Part shown: positions 18,520 to 31,348 of the stretch, one piece after another | Layout: each line of letters opens with the position of its first letter | How positions within the stretch are numbered: position 1 is the first letter of the stretch | Source of the DNA: the human T2T-CHM13v2.0 reference genome, Homo sapiens | Reading direction: 5' to 3' (one strand) | Length of the DNA: 64,000 nt | NCBI RefSeq assembly: GCF_009914755.1 | Contig: NC_060942.1 | Translations under genes and position numbers: made by a program | The notes under the pieces: generated by a model | Told to the model about the DNA's origin: nothing | Database searches by the model: none | Seen by the model: only the letters and a program-made list of their open reading frames with translations

Positions 18520-21510
18520 TCCTGAGTTGTTTAGAGGATGTTGGCATGCACTTCACCGTAGGTCCCTCACACGTGCACACCTTGCAAGCAGAGGCACCGA
18601 TGGCCTTTGTTCTGGTCCAGGGAACAGCCTTGGAATATAGAGATAGTGTCTCTCTCTGGAGCACTGGATGAGCTTTCTAGTTGTCCAACATAAGAAAGAT
18701 AATGTCTCTCTTGAGAGCAAAGGGTAGGCAGGTTTGCTTACTGCCCATAATAAGAGATTTGGTTTTCCTAACTCAGGGCTCTTTAGCTGTGATACAAACT
18801 GACTTCATGTGTAGCATCAACTTGGATTCCTCTGTATTCTCCCTTGAGACTTTGGGGGCAAGGGGAAACAACAAGAACACAAAGCTCATGTTGCTTTGTG
18901 CATGCTTTGCTTTGTTGTTCATAATACAGTTCTATGTCTCTGGCCCAGGAGTCTCCTGTCTTCTGCCAGCATCCATGAAACAGTGGCAGGCAAACTCGTA
19001 GGCTTGAAACTTGATTAAGTCTCAGACTCCTCACAGTTCTGGACAGAATATACTTGAAAGAAAAAAACTGACTTCTTCATAATTTCCTCTAACTCAAATC
19101 TTGTTGACTGGGAAACTGAGGCTGGGAGTAAGGAAACGACTTGTGCAGTTTTGCAGTGCGTCTGTTTACAGAAGTGCCTGGCAAGGCCACTGTTACCAAC
19201 ACCCTCTGATAACTGGTGCCTGCTCCTCTCAGCGCACTTTGCTTTTAGCCTCACTACAAAGCCAGCCTCTGTGAGTCTGCCCAATAGCTCTGGCTTAGGG
19301 TTGATTTAAGGATGGGATTGGACAGTAAGAATCTTTCACTTCAAGACAGAGCCAGATAAAACTGACATGAACCAAGTGAGGTGACTAGTCGTATAGAACA
19401 TACAGATATAAGCTGACAGGGTTATTCAACACCGAGAGATATTTATCTGCCAGGGTCATTTAGCTGTAACTCTACTAAGAACTAGAATGGAAAACCAGCT
19501 GACCATCTCCATTGTTTTTCTATTTTGTTTGCATGTTGCTGTAAACAGTTTATTTTAAATTATAAAACGGGACTCTATTTGACCACTAAATGGACTCAAT
19601 TTGACCATTAAATATGCCTCGTGGCCCAAAGGATATCTAGACTTAGTGAAGTGGTCACGTTAATTATTTTGTCTGCAAGTAAGCTCTTGGTGAGCCTGCC
19701 ATGCTAACTTACGAGGCGAATGTTGGTAACACTTTCTCTGTTTGACACGTTAGCTTGGCATATAACTTTTTCTTTTATAAAGAATTTCTTTGTAGTACTG
19801 TGAAATCATAACTCTTATTCTATACTTTATCAATATTATACGTGGCTCTTACTACATAATGATCAGTCTCAGCTTTAATTCTTAAAAAGGTTTATATCAT
19901 AATATTAAGGTTAGGATATGAAACATTATGAAGGGTCTGTGAGCACGTGACAGAGTATTCTTTCATATAAATTCCAATAATGTTATATGATTTTTTTTTG
20001 AAAACTCAGACATTTCTTTCCACCCTCAGAATTGCGTGTAGCGACCTTTAAAAAACAGTGCTTCACCATGGAGCTGACAGAACTTAGCTCTGGGCTCCCC
20101 ACCTGTATTTTCACTGAGCCATAGGCCCGTGGCAAAGAAAATTGAATGTTGCCTGGGTGACCTTATCTATAAGCTGGGTCTTTAATTTCATTCCTGGCTA
20201 TATTGAAGCTATAGCTGTTGCCAAAGTGTCTGAAAACAAAAGGGAGGGCAGAGAGATGATTTCTGCAGATGATCTATGTCCAGCCAACTGAGGAAATCAC
20301 TGACCCGCCACTGTAGAGTCCTTTGTTCTGGCCACCTTTGTCTGACCCTGTCTAAGTATATAAAAAACACAGAAGCATTCCCTTCTAGGATAGAATCCTG
20401 GAGTTTCTAAGATTGACTTCCAAAGACATCAACAATATGGGTTTCTATGTACATAAAACTATTTGGGATTTGGGAGGCAGAAATTACAATAGTTGGCAAT
20501 TTGTAATTCTTACCGATAGGTTCATTGGTTGGATACCTTTGGAAACATTTTTTGAAACGCAGATCTAAGCTAAACATCTCTTTTGGGCAGATTATGAATC
20601 TAAGGTGTTTTATTTGAGACAAATGGTTAACGTGTTACATGACATATTTATTAGTCCAAATGAAAAATACTCGTTGAAATTAAACCTTCTTTTCCCAAAG
20701 ATCGTGCAGAGCTCATAATATGTATTTGCATTACATATTTTTTTCCAGGAGTTTATTCTCAGGAAACGACATCGTTTTTAATATAATAGAAGAAATGAAA
20801 TACAAAGTCGAAAAATGAGACTGGAAAAGCCCAGGCACTGGCATTTTGTGTTGTGCTAAGTGTTCCCTCGTCACCTTGCAGTCCGCTGGCAGAAGTGTGG
20901 AGCGGACACAGGAGAAGGCTGGGATGGTGCTTGGAGGCTGGGGAACAGGCTGCACTGGCATTTCCAGTGAAGTGACTTGGGACACACTTCCTCTTTCTGC
21001 CTGAAAAGGACTGAGGGTGAGGGGCCACCTTGTCCCGCCCTGGGTTGATCCCTCCCAGATGCCCACATCTCCAGGGCTGTGTCTTCAGCCCAGCTCTCGC
21101 TCCTGCCTCTGGGCATGCTGGCTCCTGGACACCCCACATGGATTCCCTGGATATCTCCAACTCCTCTGCTCTATAATGCCCCTGAGCGTCTTACTCCTCC
21201 CCCTTGGCCGTGCCTGTCTTCGCAGCCCCACAAAATATTTTTTTCTACCAGTGTCTCTTACCTGAATCAGTACTTCAAGCTGCCCACTCATTTTGGCCAG
21301 AAACCTGAATTGCCCTTGAGTCTTTCTACTACCTCACCTCTGCACCACATCAATCATAAATCTCATGTACTCTCTTTCCTAGGTGTCTTGGTGTTTCGGA
21401 GGTTTCTCTGCAATGCTGCTTGCCTAGCCTCAGCCACTACTATGGCTCCTTATTGCACCCATGTTCACTCTGCTGCCCCCTAGAGTTGCTCTACCCTACA
21501 GCCAGATATC

Positions 21511-21814
21511 TTTTTTTTTATTTTTAGTATTTTTAGAGACAGGGTCTTGCTCTGTCACCCAGGCTGGAGTGCAGTGGTGATCACAGCTCACTGCGCCTCA
21601 ACCTCCTGGGCTCAAGTGATCCTCCCGCCTCAGCCTCCCAGGTAGCTAGGACTACAGGCACATGCCACCACGCCTGGCTAATTTTTAAAATTTTTGTAGG
21701 GACTGGGCCTCACTATGTTGCCCAGGCTGGTCTTGAACTCCTGGGCTCAAACAGTCCTCCCACCTCGGCCTCTGAAAGCACTGGGATCACAGGTTTGAGC
21801 CACTGTGTCCAGCC
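21511..21814 (-). mobile_element. AluJ
   Basis: Full dimer with J-type ctcctgggctcaag in both arms. Confidence 0.9.
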
Positions 21815-22767
21815 ATCAGAGGTCTTTTATAAATGCACATTCAGTCCTACCATTTCTAAGCAAAAATGGACAGTGAGAGACTCCTTAACACACAGCTCCC
21901 CTATCCTCCTCCCCGTTGCCTGCTTCCCGTTTCTCCATAATTCTTCTCACAGCCAGGCATGCTACATGCTGAGATTTCATGTGTTGATCTGTCTCCCTCC
22001 ACTGGAGCATGAGCTGGCCTGGCAGGGCTTTTGTCTGGCTTGCTTACTGTGCCTGAGTTGAGCCATCGAAGGCACTCTGGGAATGGAAATGAGTGGTTGG
22101 CGCACATTCCCCTATCATCTGGCTTTGGCCCCCTCTCCATCAGTTCCCCTTGTTTTTCCCCACTGCTTTCTTAGCTTCAGCCTTAGCACTTTCATTTTCT
22201 TGAGATCAAGGTGCTCTTCCTGCTTATGAAGCACCATGAAGGTAGAATCACACCTCCTCTCCCGCTGGTTTTCTACTACTCCTACCTCTCTGCCCCCCGC
22301 CCACCAACCCCACCTTCACTCTCTACTTAAATATCCCCTCCTCAGGGAGGCTTTCCCTAAGCAATCTCTGGACAATGGAGTCGTGCATTCCCTTATTATT
22401 TTTTAAACATCTAATATCCCTGCTACACTGGAAGCCTGAAATCTTCAGGAACCATATCTGCCTGTCTATGAATGCACACACAGCACCTAGCCTAGTGTGG
22501 GCTTTCAACAGATATTTTGGAGACTGAGTCCATGTGATTCAGTCTGCATTAGTAGTGCCTAATCAACAATGAATGATCATTATCTTTTCCTCCATGGAGC
22601 CACTTACATCAATTAAAGTGTGAGGCAGTCTCCCCTCCACCCCAACCCCTATACTTTTCCCACCTGATCTTCCAACTGAAGTTCTCTGGCTCCCATACTT
22701 GCCCCGGAGGAATGACTGTGATGTGACAGGACAAAGTACTGAAATATATATGAGTATGAAGTATATG

Positions 22768-23994
22768 CAGTCATGCATCCTTAAGCAATGGGGCTGTATT
22801 CTGAGAAATGCATCTTTAGGTGATTTGGTCATTCTGTGAACATCATAGAGTGTACTTACCCAATCAGAGGTAGCAAGGCCAGCTACACACCCAGGCTATA
22901 TGGTATAGCCAAGGCTCCTAGGCTGCAAAATTGTAGAGCATGTTACTGTATTGAATGCTGTAGACTCTTGGAACACAATGGTATTTGTGTAGCTAAACAT
23001 TGAAACGTAGAAAAGGTACAGTAAAAATATGATATTGAAGATAAAAATGGCACACCTGTACAGGACATCCACCATGAATGGAGCTTGCAGGACTAGAAGT
23101 TGCTCTGGGTGTCAGGGACCTAGTGGTGAGTGAATATGAAGGCCTAGGACATTACTGTACACCACTGTAGACTTTACAAACACTGTACACTTAGGTTACA
23201 TTAAATTTATTTTTTTAAATTTGTGTCTTTAATAATAAATTAACCCTAGCTTCCTTAAACTTTTGTACCTTAGAAACGTTTCAATGCATTTTTCATTGTT
23301 TGGCTCTTTTGTAATAACACTTAGCTTAAAATACAAACACATTGTACAACTGTACAAAATATTTTCTTTTTTATATTCTTATTCTATAAGCTGTTTTCTG
23401 TTTTTAAGTTTTTACTTTTTTTTTTTTTTTTTACTTTTAAAACTTTTTTGATACCTAAAACACAAACACACATTAGCCTAGGCCTACTCTGGGTCAGGAT
23501 CACTGATAGCACTGGCCCCACCTCCACATCCTCTCCCACTGGAAGGTCTTCAGGGGGCAGTAACACTCATGGAGCTGTCATCTCCCAGAATAACAAGGCC
23601 TTCTGCTGTCTACCTCCTGAAGGTCCTGCCTGAGGCTGCTTCACAGTTAACTTTTTTTTTTTTTAGTATAAGTAGAATGCTGTAAAATAAGTATTAAAAA
23701 AGTATATTATAGTAAAACCATAAACCAGTAACATAGTTGTCTATTATCATTAGCAAGTATTAGGTACTGTACATGATTGTATGTGCTTGACTTTTATATG
23801 ACTGGCAGTGCAGTAGATTTCTTTACAGCACCATCACCACAAACACCTCAGTAGTGTGTTGTGCTATGACGTTAGGACAGCTAGGATGTCACTAGGCAGC
23901 TGGAAGTTTTCAGCTCCAGCATACTCCTATGGGATGACAGTGATATATGTGGTTCGTTGTTGATGGAAATGTTGTTATGTGGCGTGTGATGGTG
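22768..23994. mobile_element. Tigger3b-like DNA transposon (~1.2 kb)
   Basis: Begins cagtcatgca...ttctgagaaatgcatc and ends gaaatgttgttatgtggcgtgtgat; internal Tigger3 motifs. Confidence 0.85.
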
Positions 23995-24234
23995 TATCTT
24001 TCTCTGAGGTTTATTGAAAGTCAGGAAGCTTCTACAAGGATTGTGAGGCCTCACATTCATGACTCAGGGCCCTGACCAGGCCCTCCTGATAGCTCCTATT
24101 TGGCACTATCTGCATTCGCCACGATTCTGGCATTCTCTTCCCTATTTCCATGTCTTTTTAGTGCTGTTCACTTTCTCAGAAATGCCTTTTCCTCCTCTTT
24201 TCTGCTTGTCAAACACATGTACTTTCATATAAAG

Positions 24235-24553
24235 TAGGGGTCCCCAACCCCCTGACTGCCAACCAGGTACACCTGGCTGCACAGCAGGAAGTGAGCCAGA
24301 GGCGGGCGAGCATCACCACCTGAGTTCCACCTCCTGTCAGATCAGCAGCGGCCATTAGATTTTCGTGGGAGTGCAAACCCTATTATGAACTGTGCATGCG
24401 AGGGATCTAAGTTGCAAGCTCCTTAGGAGAATCTAGTGCCTGATGATCTGAGGGGGAACAGTTTCATCCCGAAGCTATCCCCCCAACCTGGTTAGTGGGA
24501 AAATTGTCTTCTACAACACTGGTCCCTGGTGCCAAAAAGTTTGGGGCCTGTTG
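24235..24553. mobile_element. MER1B hAT-Charlie MITE
   Basis: TIR-like ends taggggtccccaacc...gtttggggcctgttg; 8-bp TSD atataaag / gtataaag. Confidence 0.9.
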
Positions 24554-25389
24554 GTATAAAGGAACAGGAATGCCTGTTTTACTCACCAGACAGAGTCTTT
24601 GCCCTGCCCCTGTCCTGCCATGGCACTTTCAATATAGGCATTTGTCTCATAGGCTAGAACTATGCTTTTTGTCTCTGGCTTTCTCATCATTCTGTGTAAG
24701 ACCTAAATCTTACCTTTTTTTCTCTTGTGCGCTATTGCCTGGCACACTGTAGAAGCCCAGGAAAGATTTTAAACATTTAAGTAACTGCTCCTAGTTCTGT
24801 CTCAATCAGAACTAGGAGCAGTCCTACTTTCTACTTGCAACATATTTGCCTGTCTTCTTTGCCACTAACCTTCGTTGAGAAAATAATCTGTGAAAGGTCA
24901 TTATCAAGTTATCTCAGCACTTATTTAATGTGTGTTTAGCTGCTTTAGCTGCTTTACTGTCACATAAAAACGTGCCATAGTAAAATAAAGTAACAAAGCT
25001 GTCAATAAAAACCCCACTTCCACTCAATATTTAATGCTAAAGAGCCAGAGACATTTGAGATTTTCATCCATAATGCTAAATTGATGTTATCAAGGTCGGT
25101 AGCTGATCAATTTGCCTTGAAATACTGTTCACTTGATGAATGAAACTGTAACTTGTTAGAATATGGTGTGTTCTGGAAAACAATGTGTTTTAGTATTCTT
25201 TACATAATAGTCTCCAAATAAGGTCAAGATAGGAAGCAGCCTCATGCTATGAAGCACCTGGTGTTTCTAACAAAGCAAGGGCAGTGATGACTGCTGATCA
25301 GCCACCATAGTCACCAAAGAGTCAAGAAAAATGCAACCACCTTCTTGAGGGCATTAGAGTTTATAAGGTACCACCACATCCGTTTTCTT

Positions 25390-25545
25390 ACCTAATCCTC
25401 GTAATGATTGCAAGAGAGATAACAGTATCCTCATTTTCCAAGTCAGGAAGCTTGGGTTCAAAGAGGTTAAATGGTATTCAGAGGTCACACAAAGCTCAAT
25501 ACAATCCCAAGTGTTTCCTGACTCCCAACTGGGTTCTTTCTGCTA
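25390..25545 (-). mobile_element. MIR remnant
   Basis: atcctcattttcc...ggaagcttgggttcaaagaggttaaat...aggtcacac. Confidence 0.6.
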
Positions 25546-25638
25546 TGATGTAGCTACTTCATTGCTACAGGACTAAAAATTGAAAATCTGTACAGCTGTA
25601 TTAAATATTTAGAAAATCTACCTTCGTGATTAATATTT

Positions 25639-25701
25639 TTTAATTTTTTTAATTTTTAATTTTTGTGGGTAGTATACATATATGCCCCATATATATATGC
25701 C

Positions 25702-25758
<57 letters not shown>

Positions 25759-26978
25759 AACCCCCATATATGTATATGTGGGGTAAATATATATATACAC
25801 ACATATATAATTATATATATACATATATAAAAATATATAAATATATGGGGTAAATATAAATATATACATATAAAATTATATACACATATATAAATATATA
25901 CACATAAAATTATATACACACATATAAATATATACATATAAAATTATATACACATATATAAATATATACATATAAAATTATATACACATATATAAATATA
26001 TACATATAATTATATATACATATATAAATATATACATATAATTATATATACATATATAAATATATACATATATATACATATATAATTATATACATATAAT
26101 TATATATACATATAATTATATACATATAATTGTATATACATATAATTATATATACATATATAAATATATACATATAATTATATATACATATAATTGTATA
26201 TACATATATAAATATATACATATAATTATATATACATATAATTGTATATACACATATAAATATATACATATAATTGTATATACACATATAAATATATACA
26301 TATAATTGTATATACACATATAAATATATACATATAATTGTATATACACATATAAATATATACATATAATTGTATATACACATATAAATATATACATATA
26401 ATAGTATATACACATAAATATATACATATAATAGTATATACACATAAATATATACATATAATTGTATATACACATAAATATATACATATACTGGTATATA
26501 CGTATATAAATATATACATATACTGGTATATACGTATATAAATATATACATATACTGGTAGATACGTATATAAATATATACATATACTGGTAGATACGTA
26601 AATATATACATATACTGGTAGATACGTATATAAATATATACATATACTGGTAGATACGTATATAAATATATACATATACTGGTAGATACGTATATAAATA
26701 TATACATATACTGGTAGATACGTATATAAATATATACATATACTGGTAGATACGTATATAAATATATACATATATGGGGTAAATATATATATATGTATAT
26801 GTATATATGGGGTAAATGAGATGTTTTGATACAGGCATGCAATGCAGAATAACCACATCTCGGAGAATGGAGTTTCCATCCCCTCAAGCATTTATCCATT
26901 TTAAAATGTACAATTCAGTTATTATTGATGATAGTCACCCTGTTGTGCTATGAAATAGTAGGTCTTATTCATTCTTTC
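25639..26978 (-). mobile_element. L1MA2-like 3' fragment carrying an internal VNTR
   Basis: T-rich tail then tttttgtgggta...[array]...atggggtaaatgagatgttttgatacaggcatgc; TSD gtgattaatattt / atgattagtattt. Confidence 0.85.
25672..26810. repeat. AT-rich minisatellite with ~28-34-bp units in graded variant blocks
   Basis: Units such as aattgtatatacacatataaatatatacatat and ctggtagatacgtatataaatatatacata(ta) are directly visible. Confidence 0.97.
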
Positions 26979-27866
26979 ATGATTAGTATTTAAAGAGTAA
27001 ACTTTAAGTAGTGTCCAGGGGATAGGTGGACTCTAGAATAGTTGTAGAGTTTGAATGTACACAAACCCTAATGCAAATGAGTTATTTCAGAGTCGGGATA
27101 CATTTCAAAAAACTCCAACTGACTGTCCCTGACAGTGTAAAACTTTCAGAATTCCTCAGAAAAGTAAACCTTTGTCTCAAAATTATGCTTTGAAGTTTGA
27201 AGATAAAAGGAGAGCTGTCTAAGGCCCAATGCTCAAATAGATGGACTAAAAACATTTTAGAAAAATTCTGGAGAGGTTATCAGAATTTGAAATGAATGTG
27301 ATAACAGATCCCCTATAGTTCAAGTCCTCAGTAGTGCGTAACAGGATTTAAAGCAGCTTAGCTCAGACTAACGCATACAAGAAATTAAAGCCTTTTACAG
27401 GGTTTTGAAATGTGTTTCATTTTCTCAGGAAAGAGAAAAGCAGATTCCTTACTTTTATGTACCTGGTCACTTAGGAATATTTTGTACTGTATGGTTCTGG
27501 TCCGTTCTTAGAGCAATACAGAGAAACACAGTAGAACTTATTCAAATCTGTGATTGCCAGCTGTTGCCTGGGCAGTGTTTCCCATTGCCTTTTGGTGCCA
27601 GAATGAGCTAGCATTGTTTTGGTGAGGATTGGAAGCCTGTGCCCTGACATGGAGAACAGTACATGCACATCCCCAGCCAAGGCCGGTGAATGAAGGTGTC
27701 ATGGTCTGTGAGAGGTTCAGCCATAGCACCTGGTGCTAGAGTAACTCAACATCCATATGCAAGTGCAGGGCAAAATTGTGAACTAAAATGGCCTAAATTT
27801 AGCAAATGTTTTAAAAATTGGAAAATATCTTTATAGACACTCATTTATAATGGAGGTCTGAGTTGG

Positions 27867-28232
27867 TGTTTTGGACTGAATTTGTGTTCCTCACTGATTC
27901 ATGTGCTGAAGTCCTAACCCCAGTATTATAGATTGTGACTATATTTGGATAGGGTCTTTAAGAGGATAATTAACTTAAAATGTGATAATCCATTATGAAT
28001 GGTGTCTTTGTAAGAAGAGGAGATTAGGATACAGGCATTGTACAGAGAGAAGACCATGGGAGGACACAGGGAGAACACATCAGCAAGCCAAGGAGACAGA
28101 TCCCAGTAGAAAGTAACCCTGCCAATGTCTTGATCTTGAGCTTCCAGCCTCCATAACTGTAGAAAATGTGCTTATTGTTTAAGCCACTCAGTCTAAGGTA
28201 CTTGTTTATGGCAGCCCTGGAAAATTTATTCA
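27867..28232 (+). mobile_element. MLT1A-like MaLR solo LTR
   Basis: TG...CA ends; gaagtcctaacccc, ttccagcctcc, tttaagccactcagtct; TSD gttgg / gctgg. Confidence 0.85.
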
Positions 28233-29026
28233 GCTGGTAACCCCAACATGGGGACTGTCAGTTAGACACAGCGCTTTTGAGCTGTAACTGTCCTCCAAAA
28301 ATCTGTCTTTAATTCTCTACTGCCCACAGTAGATCTCTTGAGAAACAAGTGTAAAAGTTTATGTAAACCCTTGGTCAGTTGTGTTTAAATATTGTTTTAG
28401 AAGAATTATTCTTACAGTCAGAGGAAAGTTGACTTGGTTATGATGATGTTAGTGGGTTGAAGCTGGCTAAGCCACCAGTAAGGGAGCAAGTGGAGAAACA
28501 TTTATTATCTATAATTGTTTTTAAATTATTAATAACATAAGCTCTTGCTTCAGAATACTTAACGTATAACAGACATGAGAATCAGTGACTGGGGGAAGAT
28601 TAGTCATGAATGTTTCTTGGCAGGCTCCCTGTCATTCCACTAGGTCCATGATCTGCGGTGAGTGGAGACAAACCTACAGCAAACCGATCTCTGTTATTCT
28701 CACAGGGATAAAGGATGGGGAATGGGGACCCCTAGACTCTCCAGGGCACAGCTGGGGCTGATGGTGAAATTAACCTGGGAGGTGCTTTCATTTCTATTTT
28801 ATCTGGTTTAGAAAACTCATAAAAAGTAAGTAGATTTAATATCCATTAAATCACATCTAATTTTAAAAACCTACTAAAGATTAAAACCATTTTTTCAGAG
28901 TCAGCATTATGATTCACTTTTGTTCACAGTCCTCATGGATTTATTTTGAAATTTTAAGTAAACAGAAACTTTTCATTCTTTCTTGATATCTTCACAAACA
29001 AATATGTATTTGAAAATGTAAATGAT

Positions 29027-29376
29027 AGCAGGCACAGTGGCTCATGCCTGTAATCCCAGCACTTTGAGAGGGGAGGCAGGGGATCACTTGAGTCCAGGAG
29101 TTCAGGACCAGCCTGGACAACATAGTGAGACCCTGTGTCTACAAAAAAAAAAAAAAAAAAAAAATTAACCAGGCTTAGTGGCATGTGCCTGTCCTCCCAG
29201 TTACTCAGGATGCTAAGGCAGGAGGATCGCTTGAGTCTGGGAGGTTGAGGCTGCAGTGAGCTGTGATCATGCTACTGCACTCCAGCTTGGGTGACAGACC
29301 TAGGGGATCTGTTATCATGTTCATTTCAAATTCTGAGCTAGACCTTATCTCAAAAAAAAACCAAACAAACAAAAAA
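29027..29376 (+). mobile_element. AluJ with a 38-nt foreign insertion near its 3' end
   Basis: TSD gaaaatgtaaatgat / gaaaatgcaaatgat; the insertion lies between gacaga and gctagacc. Confidence 0.92.
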
Positions 29377-29519
29377 GAAAATGCAAATGATTTAGAGATA
29401 CTTTCAATGATCTGAAGTTTTTGGTAAAATTAACATAATCCTTTCATTAGTTTATGGTTTTAAAATTAGGCCCTTTCTAATTTTGATTAAAATAAATGAA
29501 AAGGGCTTTAAAATTTTTT

Positions 29520-30020
29520 ATTTTTTATTGTAATAAAGTATACATAAAAATATTTATCAGTTTAACCATTGTAAATGTACAATTCAGTGCCATTAAATGC
29601 ATTCATAATATTGTGTAACTGTCACCACGATCTATATCCAAAACATTGGTATCATCCCTTACTAAAGCCCTGTACTTAAAACGACAACCTCCACTCCTCC
29701 CCTCCACCTAGTCCCAGACAACTTTTATTCTATTTTCTTTCTCTGTGAATATGCATATTCTGGGTATCTCATAAAAGTGGAATCATACCATGGTTTTCCA
29801 CGTGTCTGACTTATTTCAACAAGCATGATATTTTCAAGATCTATTCATGTTGGTAGCATATATTAAAATTTCCTTACTTTTAGTGGCTGAGTCATATTCC
29901 ATTGGATGGATATACCACATTTTGTTTATTCTTTCACCTGTTGATGGGCATTTTGGTTGCTTCTACCTTTTGATTATTTTGAATAATGCTACTATGAACA
30001 TTAATGTACAATATCTGTTT
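29520..30020 (-). mobile_element. L1MB-type 3' end
   Basis: tgtacaattcagtg, aagtggaatcatac, tataccacattttgtttatt, tgctactatgaacatt. Confidence 0.8.
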
Positions 30021-30601
30021 GATTTCTAAGGGCTTTTGATACAAGTTAGATTTAGGCCCCAGAAAATGTCAGATTGGAGATCAAGTTCAACATAAGAATG
30101 GGGAAAATCATCTATAGAGCAAATAACTATTGCTAAGGTTAGAGAATATAGTACCTTTATTTAAGTACATATTGCTTATTATTATTAATACATATTCAAT
30201 TAATACTTGTTGGTCATAGGTAAGTTGTAAATTCACTCTATATTTGTTTTTGTGGCTATTACATTTATCCTAATTACCACTGACACAAACCTGAGAGAGC
30301 AGCAATGTTGATGGGTGTGGCTAATTTTTTTTTTTTAATTTCCTAGTTACAGGCAAAGTAACAGGAAAAACTAAATGACTTCTAGTAACTGGCATTACTG
30401 TACCAAACCATGGGCAGTATATCAGAGGCTTGCAGGTTCCACTGAAATTTATGCTCACCTTGCTTCCATATTGCTATTATTAGCCCCAAACCACCATCTT
30501 GGTTCATCTTAACATAGTGCTTTATTTACAGTGCATGTTAATGTTTATTTCTTAACACTAATTAAGATTTAGCCATGCCTCCTTGAGCAGGACGTGTAAG
30601 C

Positions 30602-30665
30602 ATAATAAGAAGCACTTCTGTATGTTCTTACTTATAATAAGAAGCACTTCTGTATGTTCTTACTT
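30602..30665. repeat. Perfect 32-bp tandem duplication
   Basis: ATAATAAGAAGCACTTCTGTATGTTCTTACTT x2 with no mismatch. Confidence 0.97.
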
Positions 30666-31027
30666 CCAAACAAGAAGCTGCAGGATTCCTGTCCACCCAC
30701 TATGCATATGGGATTTATTCACTTCATCCTGCTAGATAACCTCCTGTCCCCTTGTTGACTTCAGTTTTTCTAGCATAGCCAATTCTTCTTGGTTAACATT
30801 TTTCTTAAAACTTCTGGTTAACATTTTTAATGTTGAATTGATTTACTTCCTCACACTTTCTATAAGTTTCCAGAATAGGAAAACCATTCCTATATTATTC
30901 ACTGGCCACCATCTGCTCTCATACTCCTCACTTCACCTCTCACGGGCCTCACCTTTGCTCGCTTCTTTTGTGAAGCTCTTCAAAGCTTTCTCTTTTCTCA
31001 GGATGATGTTTTTGCCTGACATTTTCT

Positions 31028-31348
<321 letters not shown>

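Noticed and set aside
20030-20125. Strong acceptor followed by a Kozak CACCATGG
   Set aside because: The ORF closes after 18 codons and no convincing donor follows.
25630-26899. Long Y/I/C-rich ORFs, and a CRISPR-like periodic appearance
   Set aside because: Artefacts of a tandem AT-rich array; no unique spacers or cas genes, and the context is eukaryotic.
28624-28657. Possible 34-nt exon (ttggcag|...|gtgagt)
   Set aside because: Short pyrimidine tract and no further support.
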